A stretch of DNA of 64,000 bases from Mayamaea pseudoterrestris. Lineage: Eukaryota. Position 1 is the first letter of the stretch. Each line of letters begins with the position of its first letter. The notes under the pieces are model-generated. The model was given only the letters and a program-made list of their open reading frames with translations. It made no database searches and had not been told where the DNA came from. Below are positions 13,172-25,245 of the stretch, piece by piece. The translations under genes were made by a program, and so were the position numbers. The DNA is taken from the NCBI GenBank assembly GCA_027923505.1, contig BROI01000001.1, positions 558,001-622,000 of the forward strand. The letters run 5' to 3'.

Positions 13172-14578
13172 CTACACCGACAACGTTCCTTTGCTGCTAG
13201 CTGTCGCTCCGCCTCGACGCATGTCTACCATACTGCAGTATCTGAGCGTCTCTCCAAATGCCATGGCAGTAGCTACTACTGTATCTTCCAAACTCCCAGG
13301 CACCAACTCGACAATGTGCACTGTCATGCGAGCATTGGCAACGAGCGACTCGAGTGCATGCTCAAACATCTCCAAGGACAAGTCACCCACCATTTCCTCG
13401 TCGTCTCGCGCTAGCGACAAGTTATGCGTCAAGCATGGGCGATTCGACAAGTCCATGACAACTTGCACTCGAGCCGCACCGCTTGCCATTGTCGAGCACC
13501 ACATGCGATTGAGCCCAGCCTTGGTTCCAAGTGCCTCAACAAGGCATTGACCAAGCGCGATGGAAACATCCTCGGCCGTGTGGTGCTCATCAATGTACAA
13601 GTCACCCTGGCAGGATAGATCCAAACTAGTTCCGGCGTGCTTGGCAAGCTCCATAAAGAATGTATCGAGCGTTTTGATTCCCGAAGACACCTTGACGCCA
13701 GCAACACCACCATCGACTTTCAAAGTGACTAAAATGCTTGTTTCCTTTGTTGTTCGCGAAAGTGTTCCTTGTCGAACTTGGTCCAGTCCGGCCTTGTGAT
13801 TGTCACTGCGTGCGCCGTAGAGCGCGTCTAGTTTGGAACAATGTGCGTCGCAGGTGACACCATCAAGCAGGTTACGCAAAGCACGACTCGCTGCCTTGAA
13901 GGCTGACTCGACAATGTGGTGCGCATTGTGTCCACGAACCTTGTGTAGCGAAATGTTCAAGTGCGATGCCTCTGCCAAGCCAGCAAAGAATCGTTCAAGC
14001 TTGGCAGTCTCCATGGAGCCAATATGCGTCCGCCCCGTTCTTGGATATATTCCAAATGGCGCCAATGTATATTTAGTCAATTTGCCTGGCTCCAAAGCGA
14101 CAGTAAGTTCGCATTCTACGAGGGCCTCGTCGAGGGGGCAGGAGAAGCGAGAATTGCCGATTGTTCCAGGATGCAGTTTCGACGTTTCCATCACGAGACG
14201 CTTGATTTCGGCTCCAAATTGACTTCCAACAAAAAACATGAGCTCGCCTTGATCAGTAGTCGCGTTGCGATTGCGGCTCTCATGGTCTTTGGAAGCAGCA
14301 TCTCCAACGATGATGGAAACGCCGATTTGTGCGTGAGAGTTGAACTGATCGATCATGTGGTCGAGGTAACCAACTCCTGTCAAAATCGGACCCTTTGGCT
14401 TTTGTAAGTCTTCGACAGATATCACACACGTGTTTGATTGCATCATGATGTATTGACGTGCTGGTATCTGCGGGATCAGCCGAGCTCGGCTCCACGACGG
14501 AAATTGTGGCCGTCGTCGCGTCGGTCGCGCATGAGTAAGTTTCGGTGTGACAGAGCGTGATGAAATTGCTTGTCGCAT
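13172..14578 (-). CDS. HIS3: Imidazoleglycerol-phosphate dehydratase with two tandem IGPD domains (start uncertain: 14578 or 14446)
   Basis: Domain 1: TGVGYLDHM, PLDEAL, NAHHIVESAFKA. Domain 2: RTTKET, GDLYIDEHHTAED, DLSNRP, C-terminal SSKGTL. Confidence 0.88.
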   Translation of the reverse strand: MRQAISSRSVTPKLTHARPTRRRPQFPSWSRARLIPQIPARQYIMMQSNTCVISVEDLQKPKGPILTGVGYLDHMIDQFNSHAQIGVSIIVGDAASKDHESRNRNATTDQGELMFFVGSQFGAEIKRLVMETSKLHPGTIGNSRFSCPLDEALVECELTVALEPGKLTKYTLAPFGIYPRTGRTHIGSMETAKLERFFAGLAEASHLNISLHKVRGHNAHHIVESAFKAASRALRNLLDGVTCDAHCSKLDALYGARSDNHKAGLDQVRQGTLSRTTKETSILVTLKVDGGVAGVKVSSGIKTLDTFFMELAKHAGTSLDLSCQGDLYIDEHHTAEDVSIALGQCLVEALGTKAGLNRMWCSTMASGAARVQVVMDLSNRPCLTHNLSLARDDEEMVGDLSLEMFEHALESLVANARMTVHIVELVPGSLEDTVVATAMAFGETLRYCSMVDMRRGGATASSKGTLSV

Positions 14579-15100
14579 CGGTTATGGCGACGAAAATTAA
14601 TGAGCAAGCATTTTCGACCCAACAACTGCGGCGGGATTACAGTGTATATCTGTATGTGTATGAGCAAACAAAGAAGGATGATACGAGCCATATACGACGT
14701 AATGCTGCAGTGCATGATGTAAACATGATTGGAGAAGCGCTTGATTGGCAATCGTCTGCTCGTCTAATCGTGCCGACTCACCGACCCGAGAACCGAGGAC
14801 TTGCAGATTTTCTCTCGCGATTGACGAGCAAGCAAGTTAAATTTGGAGACTACACGCTCTGTATATAGTGCGCTGGGTGGCGTGTCAATATCACTGCTGT
14901 TGGATGCCGGCGGTTCCATCGTTGTCGATTCTGCCGTCGACAATTCGGTCGATGTCGTTGGTAACTTGGTTTCCGGTGATTCAATCGTTGACAATGCGGC
15001 CGTTGACGATGCTGTGCATGACGTTCAGAAATTTCTCGACTTTAGCTCTGACATAGTGCTGTATTAGTTCTAGATACATAGTTATGTCAATTTCTATTTC

Positions 15101-17596
15101 CTATCCAAAGGCCAGCTTCTTGAGTTCGTTGTTTTGCTTCTTCTTTTTCTTGTTGCCTGCTCCACCAACATTACTCATTGTTGCTGTATTCGCCTCCACT
15201 CTCGTGCTGTTCGGCTGGTTAGCAGCAACATTCCGCACACCAGCCTGCTTATTACCGGCACTCGCCAAAGACGACCCGTTTATTCCACCCCAAGCCAATT
15301 TAGCTTTGCCTGATTGTATTGTGCTTGCTGAGGGAGCCAACGAAGGGCTGGTGGCAAAGTTTCTCATTGCTGCCATGGAACTACCGGTAGGTGCGTGCGC
15401 AGCTTCAGCGTTCAAGGCACCATTCCTCATTCTTTTCAAATGGTCCATATAACTCAATGCCTTTGCAGATGCATGATGATCCGGACAAGACTGGACAAGC
15501 CCCGGAATGAAGCTCCAAAAGTAATCGTCCGCGTATCCATTGTCAAACAGTGAGGCCGCATGATCAACGAAAGCCTCCGACTCCAGCTCCCCAGCAACAA
15601 ACTCTCGCGTGAACTTTTTGAGTAGTTTAAACTTTATCGTACCCATGGCGGCCTTCATATCTTCGACGGTAGCAACATCACTCGCTGTCGGTGCGTTTGC
15701 CATATGCATCTTGGCCTTGGGGCGTGGCTGTGATGACACTGGTGGCGCTGGAAAGTCCTGCTCACTGCTGAATGACGGTGGAGCCTTTTTGGTCAATGGC
15801 TGCAGGTTTGTTCGCTTTGCTGACGATGAGTATGCCAGCGCAGAATTACCAACCAAAGATGGAAACATGTCCGCTGACAATGACAATGGCTTCGAATTCA
15901 TCTTTTTCATCAAGGCATTCGCCGATGAGTAGCTAGGTTGCGGCGGTCCCGCGGATGGGCCGAGTGATGGAAAATTATCGGACGAAAGACTTGACGCGTT
16001 AACACCTCGAGATGTTGATTGTCCTGGTGCCAGAAAAGAAGCTACTGGAGTAGCCAACCTTGCTGCCGTGTTTGCTGCCACTGCATTGTATCCGTTACTA
16101 CCTGAACCACTCCTTCCAGTCCCAATGCGATTGACCCCAACCTGTAGCTTGGCTGATTTGGGTTTAATATTTGCTGGTAACGTTGGAAAGTCCTCCACTG
16201 TCACTGCTCCAGCTGGCTTGACTCTAGCCGCCCGTTTGATCGAAATGCCATCAGTCCATCCCATGCGTAACTGCTGTGACGACTGCGCAGTTGCAACAGC
16301 CACTTCTTCGTTGCTCGCTTGCAGCGTCGGAAAGGCTTCATCCTCTTGATGCGACGAATCCATATTGTCCCGCATGGCAGCTGCCAATACTCGTAGCTCT
16401 GCAGTTCGTTCAACGTGCCGCGGGTGCAAGGCCAATTCACCCTGCGAGGCTGGAAGCGCCGCCGGCACAAAGGCTTCTCCATCCAGTCCATAGTCAAAAT
16501 CACTGTTATCAGGAACATGTTGATTGTTTTGATTCAAGTCATTATTTGCAAATCGCCGCACTCTAAACTGCAACTGTATCTTGCCGTGCGACGTTACGTT
16601 GTGCACTTGACGCTCATGGTCCGCAAGGTCAATGTCATGTGCAAAGACAACAAAGCGTGCTGCCAAGCACTGCGGGTCATGACAGGCGTAATGCTGTCTA
16701 TCAAAATGCTTTTCAAGTGCCGAATAGTCGCGAAAATACTGATCGTGCATGCCCATTTGTTCGCAAACATGGCACTTGTAGTGATTCTTGGTCAAGTGCT
16801 TGTGCAGCTCGGCCAAGTCGTAGAATCGAGTCGGCCGACAAAACTCGCAAACCGGATGACCCGTAAACCCAGAGTCGGCTCCGTCTCCCTTGGCCAAATG
16901 CTTATTCAGTTGTGCTGGTGTGAATCGCTGAAGCCGACTGACAAAGTCGCGGGGATGTTCCGTGCAAAGGTTGCAAAGAACCAAGCGATGAGAAACGCGC
17001 AAATGATCCTGTAGGGCGCGTAGGGCCTTTTTCGCGGATACAATATTGCTAGAAGCAGCAGCAGATTGTTTTTGTTTTTCTTCGTCAGCAAAGGAAGACT
17101 GACTTCTATTCGCATTCATGCTAACAATCAGCGAGCCATCAAAGCTACATCCTCGATGGTTGCAGGGAAAGCGCAGAAGCGGCTGAATCTCCTTGTGCAA
17201 ATAGTCGACTGGAAAGAACATGCCTACATTCGGCTTGTATACAAAGTCGTTTCCAAGCTCATTGCCCCAAATTTGGTATTCGTCGAAAGCCTTGGACGAA
17301 TCTTGCGCGTCAACAATGACTTGCTCGTGTTCCGCCTTGCAAATGGGGCATTTGTTATCGTGATGCAGAAAACGTAGACGCAAGACGCAAACTGGACAAA
17401 TCTCATTATGATTGCAAGGCATGATTGACGTGTAAATCAAGTCAGAGTAGCAGACCAAGCAGTGCTGCGTAACGCTACCAGCTTCAGCCGTCAAGACGAG
17501 AGTGCGAACGTTTTCTGTGAGCTTTGGAAGTTGATTGTTAGGACTGGAAAGAGACGTAGCAGCAGTAGCCGCAGCATCTGTACTTGATGATGCCAT
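15101..17596 (-). CDS. ZNF598: RING and C2H2 zinc-finger E3 ubiquitin ligase, ZNF598/HEL2-like
   Basis: RING CLVC...CNHNEICPVCVLRLR...CPICK, followed by GHPVCEFC, CHVC, YFRDY..LEKHF, C..PQC...RFVVF. Low-complexity tail has repeated FP(T/S)L motifs. Confidence 0.88.
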   Translation of the reverse strand: MASSSTDAAATAATSLSSPNNQLPKLTENVRTLVLTAEAGSVTQHCLVCYSDLIYTSIMPCNHNEICPVCVLRLRFLHHDNKCPICKAEHEQVIVDAQDSSKAFDEYQIWGNELGNDFVYKPNVGMFFPVDYLHKEIQPLLRFPCNHRGCSFDGSLIVSMNANRSQSSFADEEKQKQSAAASSNIVSAKKALRALQDHLRVSHRLVLCNLCTEHPRDFVSRLQRFTPAQLNKHLAKGDGADSGFTGHPVCEFCRPTRFYDLAELHKHLTKNHYKCHVCEQMGMHDQYFRDYSALEKHFDRQHYACHDPQCLAARFVVFAHDIDLADHERQVHNVTSHGKIQLQFRVRRFANNDLNQNNQHVPDNSDFDYGLDGEAFVPAALPASQGELALHPRHVERTAELRVLAAAMRDNMDSSHQEDEAFPTLQASNEEVAVATAQSSQQLRMGWTDGISIKRAARVKPAGAVTVEDFPTLPANIKPKSAKLQVGVNRIGTGRSGSGSNGYNAVAANTAARLATPVASFLAPGQSTSRGVNASSLSSDNFPSLGPSAGPPQPSYSSANALMKKMNSKPLSLSADMFPSLVGNSALAYSSSAKRTNLQPLTKKAPPSFSSEQDFPAPPVSSQPRPKAKMHMANAPTASDVATVEDMKAAMGTIKFKLLKKFTREFVAGELESEAFVDHAASLFDNGYADDYFWSFIPGLVQSCPDHHASAKALSYMDHLKRMRNGALNAEAAHAPTGSSMAAMRNFATSPSLAPSASTIQSGKAKLAWGGINGSSLASAGNKQAGVRNVAANQPNSTRVEANTATMSNVGGAGNKKKKKQNNELKKLAFG

Positions 17597-19803
17597 GTTC
17601 AGCAGCTATTACTGAGTGTAAGACTGGATAGACGGCGTATGAATAGAAGAAGGCCGATGAATAAAGCATGAAATGGATGATTCATGGTCGAGGGGAAACG
17701 CTTGCGCACGTTTCGTCATTCCCGGTACGACTCTCATAACCGGTACGATTTGGACCACTGGGTGCTTCGATTGCGCGCGCGCGATGGGCGATGGAAGAAC
17801 AGATTGACGACTACCATCACCTTGCCTTTGTTACACACGACTACGACTATCGGTAGCACGCACGATGAATACACTGAACGAATCCTACAGTTCACGGAAC
17901 TAGTAGAGTTTGTCGCGAACGCCTGCTTTGTGTTGCCGAGAAGCTGCAGCGCATCGACCAGTCGACTGTAGCCACGTAGCCACTAGCCACCTTCAGGCAC
18001 TCCGGAGGCAGTTTAACTACTTGGTAAAAGTAGCCGATCGAGGCGATGCAAGATGCCAAGGACGTGACAAAAATGCGGAAAAAGAATATGGTCAGTTCAG
18101 GACACGAGCGAAAGGTATATGCCAAGGAAAATTGTGTCATAGTCTGGTGGTACGTGCGTATCTGCCTCGTTGCACTTTTGCATTTTCCACCCATCGACTC
18201 GTTTAAACTCAAGCATTCTCAACTTGGCTTTGCTGTCAATGGAATCACAGCGAAAAGAATCCCTGCAACGAGACTGAGTCTCGCTCTTCTTGCTGCTCGA
18301 GTCATGGACAGTGAATGCGCTGTCACGACGTTTGATTCTGGAGCATGTTGCGACGAGTAAATTGCCATTGGTGCAGCATACAGCTCCTTCCATACATCAT
18401 GGGAATCAATCATCCATCTATTCTTCATTTTCTTCTGCGCGCTCGTAGTTACGGGCGCGAATCGCAGTGCAGTTTTGGATTGTGAAGGATGGAACTCCCT
18501 GGCCGAGATTTTTCGACGTATCGATGCCATAACGGCTCCGATCAAGGGAACTGCTACTTAATGAAACTCACTAGTGGCATTCGGACGACCAAAGTAATCT
18601 TGAACATGACCGGTGGCCTTCAAACACAGCGCGTGTCCGAATAATTTCGCCTTGGGCCGGCCACGGAAGGCAATTCTCCAAGCATGGCCTCACCGCCACC
18701 AAGCTGCCACCCACCTCGTTTCTCGTCAAGCACTGCCAGTCGTTTAGCGGAGACGTTATCTGTTCTGGTGAGGATGATCCAATGATGACAGATGGAGGCA
18801 GAGGCATCCCGGTATGGCATACGGAGGAAGGGAGCAAGGTCGTTTGCCCGCCAGAGCTTGTGCGTGCGTTGGCATTTTAGTCGCTATCAAGCTCGCCACC
18901 TACTCTAAGGATGTCGAAGACAAGGAATCGAGCTCTAGGAACAGTTTTTAGATAAGAGACACCAACTGTGTCATGGTGTGCCTGCTACGCATTCCATCAT
19001 TACTTGTTTATCGCCAGAGGATTCGGCTGCTTCTATGCATTGTGACTAGCACTTGAAGCATGCAATCAAGCTGATGCATTTACTTTTATGCCTTCTACGC
19101 TCACGGTGGCATTGTCAACTTTGGCAAAAAGGCAGTGACTGCGCCATTACGGAGCTTTCCGTTTGCAAGCCAGAGACTGACCTACCTATCAAACGGCTCG
19201 GCCTTTTTAACATCTGCGAAAAATGCCTTGGGCAAAGACAGAAAATGTTGGCCATATGCTGTATAACGACAACCTCGACAGACGAAGAAATTTGTTAATA
19301 CAACCGGTAAAGCAGGTTTTCATATTTTCCATCTCGGCAGATACCCTCGGAATGAGTCGTCTGCATTGATTGACAGCCAAGTTACAGCGGATGCCTAATG
19401 GATTAAATTCATAGCTGCAGCGGATACAGTGCTGGCTTGGGCGATGCAGGACGACGGATATGGTGCTGTAAAGGAAGATGACATTCCGACAGTTCGAACT
19501 GACTGTGAGTAACGTATTCCCCAATCAAGCGGCATACTATCTCTGGACGGTATCGCACATACAGGCAGGACCATCATATCGGTCACAAGCGGCGTAGGAG
19601 TACAACATGACGACAATCAAGCTAGTAGAGTAGCTCTGTTTTTTCTCCAATTTACTCACATATATAAACGTATGGTTACTACTTTATCAATCCTGCTGCG
19701 GCGCTGCTACATGAACGCTTCGAATTCATTCATCACGCATACTGCTCAATTCCACATTGTGATAAAACTGCCGTTCGATGCTTACGGCCCATTCTTCCAA
19801 ACC

Positions 19804-22608
19804 TTAATCCGATTGCGTAATCCATTCGCACTCCAGCACATCCGACATGTCCCATCGATTTTTTGGGTCCACTACCAGCAGTCCCTCGATCAAATTCTGC
19901 GCTTCCTGCGATATATACTTCCAGCAAATTCCGCGGTTAAAAGCTCCCTCACGGATTCTATTTTCCATAGCGACGTCAAAATCTTCGGAGAATTCACGGA
20001 ACGGAGAAACCCCAGTCAAAAGCGTGTGAATGATGCATCCAAAACTCCACATGTCACAACGGAAGTCATAGGCTGGTCGCTCTTCGAGAACTTCCGGAGC
20101 AACGTATTCAGGATTCCCGCATTTGTCAGTGAGAGAGTTATTGCGATAGCACGGCGCCGCATAGGACAAGTCGGAGATTACGGCAGAAGACATGTCACCA
20201 CTGACGCGAAAATTGAGAGTCTTGAGTGAAAGGTTGCGGATAGCAATTTTTGCCTTGTGCAAGTGTCGGATGCCAGGAGACACACCTTTCACAAGCGTGC
20301 AAACGTCCTCCTCCGATAGTTGCCCACTTTGATCCTTCTTAAAATACTCACGAACTGTTAATTGTGGATTGAGGAATTCCATGACAACGTACAGGTGATC
20401 GACCGTAGAGTACTCGTTGTGAAGCTGTCTAACCCCCGCAACACCTTTCGCTTCGCGCAAAGCAGCAATCTCGTTGTTCATTTCGACTGCATCATTACCG
20501 ATGATGCACAGGGCGCCACGTTCGAAACATTTGACATGGTAAATCATCTTAGTTGTCTTATGTTTGCACTTGTATTCGACACAAGGCCCGTTTGTCGTCA
20601 TGTCGCCCAATTCTGTATAAAGCTGTTTAAAGCCCATTACATCATCTGCCAAGTCCTCCAGCGAACCGCGTTCGCCACGGGGAGCATCGCAAATCTCCAG
20701 AATCTCCGTGGCAAGCTCCTTCGAGTCAAAAGCTTCCGCACTTGCGACAGCATCTCCGTGCAAAGTCGTTTCGTAGCGGTCGGCGTCCATTTCTTTCTCA
20801 ATGCCCAGAGTGATTTCTTCCGCCGCTAAAGCCGCGACAGGATCAATGCGCTTCGTGGCCAATTCGTACGCGTAAAAGAGATCTATGCGCGGGAGGACAT
20901 AAACCGCTTCCCAAACCTGTGAATGCAAATGTTTAGTGCATGGAGCGATACGTGTTAACGCCATTCAATAGTAAGCACATTGACGTTTTACCTTTTCGAG
21001 TAGAGACGACAAGTTGATATCGCATTTGTTCACCTTCTTCGTCCAATGTTTCGCATTCGAAAAGTGCTTGCTGCCACCAGCAATGAACCGAAGAATAGAG
21101 CAAAGCAACATGACCGCAGTCTCCGGAGTAGGCTGATGCTCCTTCGACGAAAACGTGACCCACGCAACGGCCTGCTCAATCCAGTCGTTAAAGACAAACG
21201 GGGCTGAAAGTAGCATGCGTCCAATCTTATCAGCCGATACCAATTCGCTGAGGGGCACCTCATAATCAACGCGCTGTCGAAACGATTCAACAAGAATCAA
21301 GCAATAGGCTGCATCAGTGTTGACAGTCCAAATGCTCGCTTTATCAAGTAGCGCCTTGGCCACTTTTAAACTCTTGACTTCAACAACACTTATATTCGCA
21401 AAAACGTTCAGTGAGTCTTGCTCGTTCATATAAGAAACCCGAGATGCAAGGAACTCATTCAATTTCTCCTGCGTCGGACATGGAGTAAATGAATGAAAGT
21501 GAGGCAATGGAAATGGTCCAAACACAAGCCACAGGATATCCAAGAACTCACCACAGCTGACTGTAGCTGTCCAACAAGATCATCATCAGTAGCGACGCTC
21601 TCGGGAACACTCGAATTCTTTGCCTTGCGGGCAGCAGTGAGCAGAGGAGGCGAGCTCGATGACAGCTCATCCTCGCTCCACATTTCAAAACTGTTTCCAA
21701 GTGATGCCGAAGCGATGTAATCCAATGACTCACCCCAAGGATACTGCTTGGCAAGCTTTTCAGCTTCTTCTGTGTAAGAAAGTAGCTCCTGTGGAGTCAA
21801 TTCCACTGAACACTTGATGCTGCGCAACGAGTATAACAAGGTGCATTTATACGACAGTGTATAAGCCCCCTCCAATATTTTGGCGCATTGTTTCGCGTAC
21901 AGTCGCAGCATAGTCTCATTGATGTCATTTGGAAAAGCCGCTACTAGTTTTTGCATGGTCATTTCCGCTGCCTCTGGATGGGCATCTTGAATGGCAAGGA
22001 CATTTGAAGCCGTTGCAATCAACCCGCGGAATGGTAGTACGACGGATGCGTCATACTTACGCATGTCAGGTTCAAGCAGGCGATAAATTGGAACCAAAGA
22101 AGGCTGATTGTGGCGCATGATCCAGAAGCCGCGGAACTCCTTGGATCGATCAAATACAAATGAGCACGCAAGCGACTCTTTGTCGCCATGCTTGGGGACG
22201 AGACGAACCTTGCAAAACACTGGCGCCTTCTCGGAGCGAGGTGGCGGCTGGAGCCATCCGCATAAATATGTACCAGGCGTGAGAACAGCGTTGCGATTTT
22301 CCAATGATGGAAACTCCTCTTTCACGACGCCAAGGTCCGTCAAAAACCAATATTGAAGGACTCGGTAGGGATTGGCCACGTCATTGGTATTTTCAAGATG
22401 CTGCTCCCAATCGTAGGCACGGTCAAATTGTTCTTGGATCTGTAAACAATGTTGATATGCGACAGTATGAACGATATGAGTCGCAAGGCGATTCCGCTGC
22501 TGCAGCAAGCATCAAGATCGACGCACGCAATGAAGCACTCACCTTCTTCTCCGAGTAGACTTTTTCCGTTGGAGAAGGATTAGGATACTTGGAATTTACT
22601 GGACCCAT
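19804..22608 (-). CDS. Four-exon protein with an unknown N-terminal region and a C-terminal CaMK-like kinase-fold domain (probable pseudokinase)
   Basis: Phase-0 GT-AG introns at ~22500-22542, 21469-21551 and 20917-20991 join four ORFs. Kinase motifs present: LYVVMEF, CGNPEYVAPEVL, DMWSFGCI, LLVVDPKNR. Confidence 0.78.
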
Positions 22609-24885
22609 ATTGACACTTTATCTTGTTCGATTATCAAGAATGCGACGAATACTTTGCTTTACTTGTTGGAGCGTCGTCCATCTGTGAAGCGTGAAGCGGT
22701 TTGTCCATTGTCGGCCGCTGCGACGTAACGGCATTGCTCGACCACACAGTGAATACGGCACTGCTGAAACAAGTGAAACAGACCAAGCGTTACTGAAAAG
22801 TCGATTTTCGCAGTTTCGGTACAGTACAGTACTTGCACAGTAGTTGATTACGGCGCCAGACCTGAAGTGGGCTAGAGGACGGTATATTTGTAATACTATT
22901 GTCCATACGCAGTAGCACATTGATATAACATGCTAAGAGGGTAAAAAAGTGGCAGTACAGCAGTGCCGGGAAACGCAGTGATGAGAACGTGATGCGCTAT
23001 GGTAGGTGCAGGCGTTGTATATATGCAACTGACTCTCAAGCCAACCAAACTCCACTACCGTTCTTCATACAACAGCATCACCAATCTCTACAACCGGCTA
23101 TTGGCAGCGTCTCGAGAAGAATTCAGAGCAGTGCCTAATGCCGCCATCATTGCTGTAACTAAAAAAAGGGAACGTTCATCACTCGGCAGGCCGCAGCAGC
23201 AAGTGAGCCGCACCTTTCGTCAGCTGTGCAGGCAAGTCAAAGGCGCGCACAGTCGCTGCACAGCGTAGCTGCATACCTTAAATAGAGCTTGGACAATGCA
23301 GGTGCAATGTTTGAATCCACGAGCAACCAAACTAACAACTAGCAAGGCAGCTATGAAAGTGGCATGCATGTATCATGGCCTCGACAAGCCTTGAGTCATT
23401 AGCCAATATGGAAAAGGACAACAGTAGTGTAGTCCAGTCTAGTGCAAAAAGTGGTGTGATGATTGGTAGCCTTCTTGATCGACTGTAGTGGAAAGCTTGT
23501 TCAGTTCGTCGTCATCAGAAAGGCACTCGACGGCACCAGTCAAGCTTTCAATTAACACCAAATGCCAAAACTAGTTGATATATTTGCATCGTTGCAAAAG
23601 TCGGCTTGTTATGCCATAATGAACGGCCGTGATGGTAGTCGAATCTCGTGCCATTCGTCGCCGATACTGTTAGGCTTGGCTTGTACGTGTCGTAGGTGTG
23701 TCTACAGTTGCTCCGTAGTTACCATCCATGGCGAAGAGGAATCACGATGCGTAGTAGGTGTTTGTGCCAATAGACCATGTCGATGAAATCATTCAAGACC
23801 TACATGTCATGGCGGACGAGAGCAAGGAACGATCGACGTCGTACTCCGCCTTTCTTGATGATCAAGTCTTGTGACTTTAAGAGGGACATGGGCCATTACA
23901 ATGTGTCAGTGTCCCCTCTGCCGAATGAATTCTCAGATTGTTGGGTTTGGATCGATTCGGACGACTTGCAGCAGCCTGCAAGCGGCTGCGGTTCGTACAA
24001 CTTCCCATGGTGACTGGAAAAGCGTTGCGGTTGCGCGTCGGTCGTCAAGCGTAGATATGTCGCCTCGGTACTCAGACTCGGCGTATGTGCTTTTCGACGA
24101 CACGGATTGAGCCGAACCGCGCCCATGTGGAACGAGACGAGAGGAACCCAACTTTTGGGAGTCTTTCATTCATTGAAACCGAGGCAAGAGAGGTGCAGGA
24201 CTCTAGATAGCTTCGATTGCGAAGTTGTAGTTTTGCAAAGCGCAACAAAACGACGTTGAAGTTGTGCCGGAATTGGATTTAGAATTATCATCACGCTCCA
24301 TGCGCCGATTCACGACGTGACCCACTCTCCATCACTCGATTCCATTGCTACCAGTAGGCAGTCAACAACAAGCCTCCATTCGAACTACGTCATCCTTGAC
24401 TGGCGTATCACTCGGGAGGCTACGAACGATCGCTAGCCATTGGAGTATTGGGCGTCGTCAAAGAAAATTTGGATTTGAACGAATTGAACGTCCGCGTCGA
24501 TGAATCTGCATGCTCCCCTGGTGCGTGCTCCATCCCAGCTGCGGAAACTCAAGGTCTTTCTTCTGCTCTGTTCCAGCTGGCGGCGGCTCAAGTTGTTCTG
24601 CAGCCAAGTAGCATGCCCTGCATAATTTCGCTTGCTACGCAGCTTCATTTGGCACGTATCCTACTCAACCATCAAGCGCTTCATTCATTTAGCTGCTGCC
24701 GCTCAAGTTGCCATCGATAAACCATATCCTTCAATGGCGCGTCGCCAGCTTAGCTCGATGTTTACTCTGTTTAGCAAGCTACACCGGGCATGTCATTGAT
24801 GAATGATCCTTCGCTTGCTGATCGATCATCATGCTCGACCAGGCAAGTTTCTAACCAAATCCATATGGCGAGAATTCAAGCATGT

Positions 24886-25245
24886 TTGATCAAATGTATT
24901 CAGTTGCAGCGCAAATTTGGTCAACTCGCAAAGCCATGGGTTCATCAATTCAAAACGTCGCCTGCTGCTTTGATCGAATGGATTTAGTTGCAGCGCGAAT
25001 TTGACCAACTCGCAAAGCCATGGTTGTACCTATTCAGAGCGTCGCGCTTTGATCGAATAGAGTCAATTGCACAAATTTGGTCAACTCGCAAAGCCATGAA
25101 TTTACCAAATCAGAGCGTCGCCTGCTCGCTTTGATCAAAAAGATTCAGTTGCAGCGCGAATTTGGTTTGCTCGCAAAGCCATGGGTTCATCAATTCAAAA
25201 TATCACCTGCCGCTTTGCTCGAATGGAATTAGTTGGAGCGCGAAT
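24886..25245. repeat. Degenerate tandem repeat, ~80-83 bp unit, about 4.5 copies
   Basis: TTTGATC(G/A)AAT...AGTTGCAGCGC(G/A)AATTTGGTCAACTCGCAAAGCCATG recurs at ~24886, 24970, 25048, 25130 and 25213. Confidence 0.85.

Noticed and set aside
14557..15067. Short ORFs between IGPD and ZNF598
   Set aside because: Low-complexity, conflicting strands and no supportable gene model.
17900..19650. Coding-like fragments between ZNF598 and the kinase-like gene
   Set aside because: Only short interrupted frames. No consistent exon chain or recognisable motif could be built; possibly a decayed gene.
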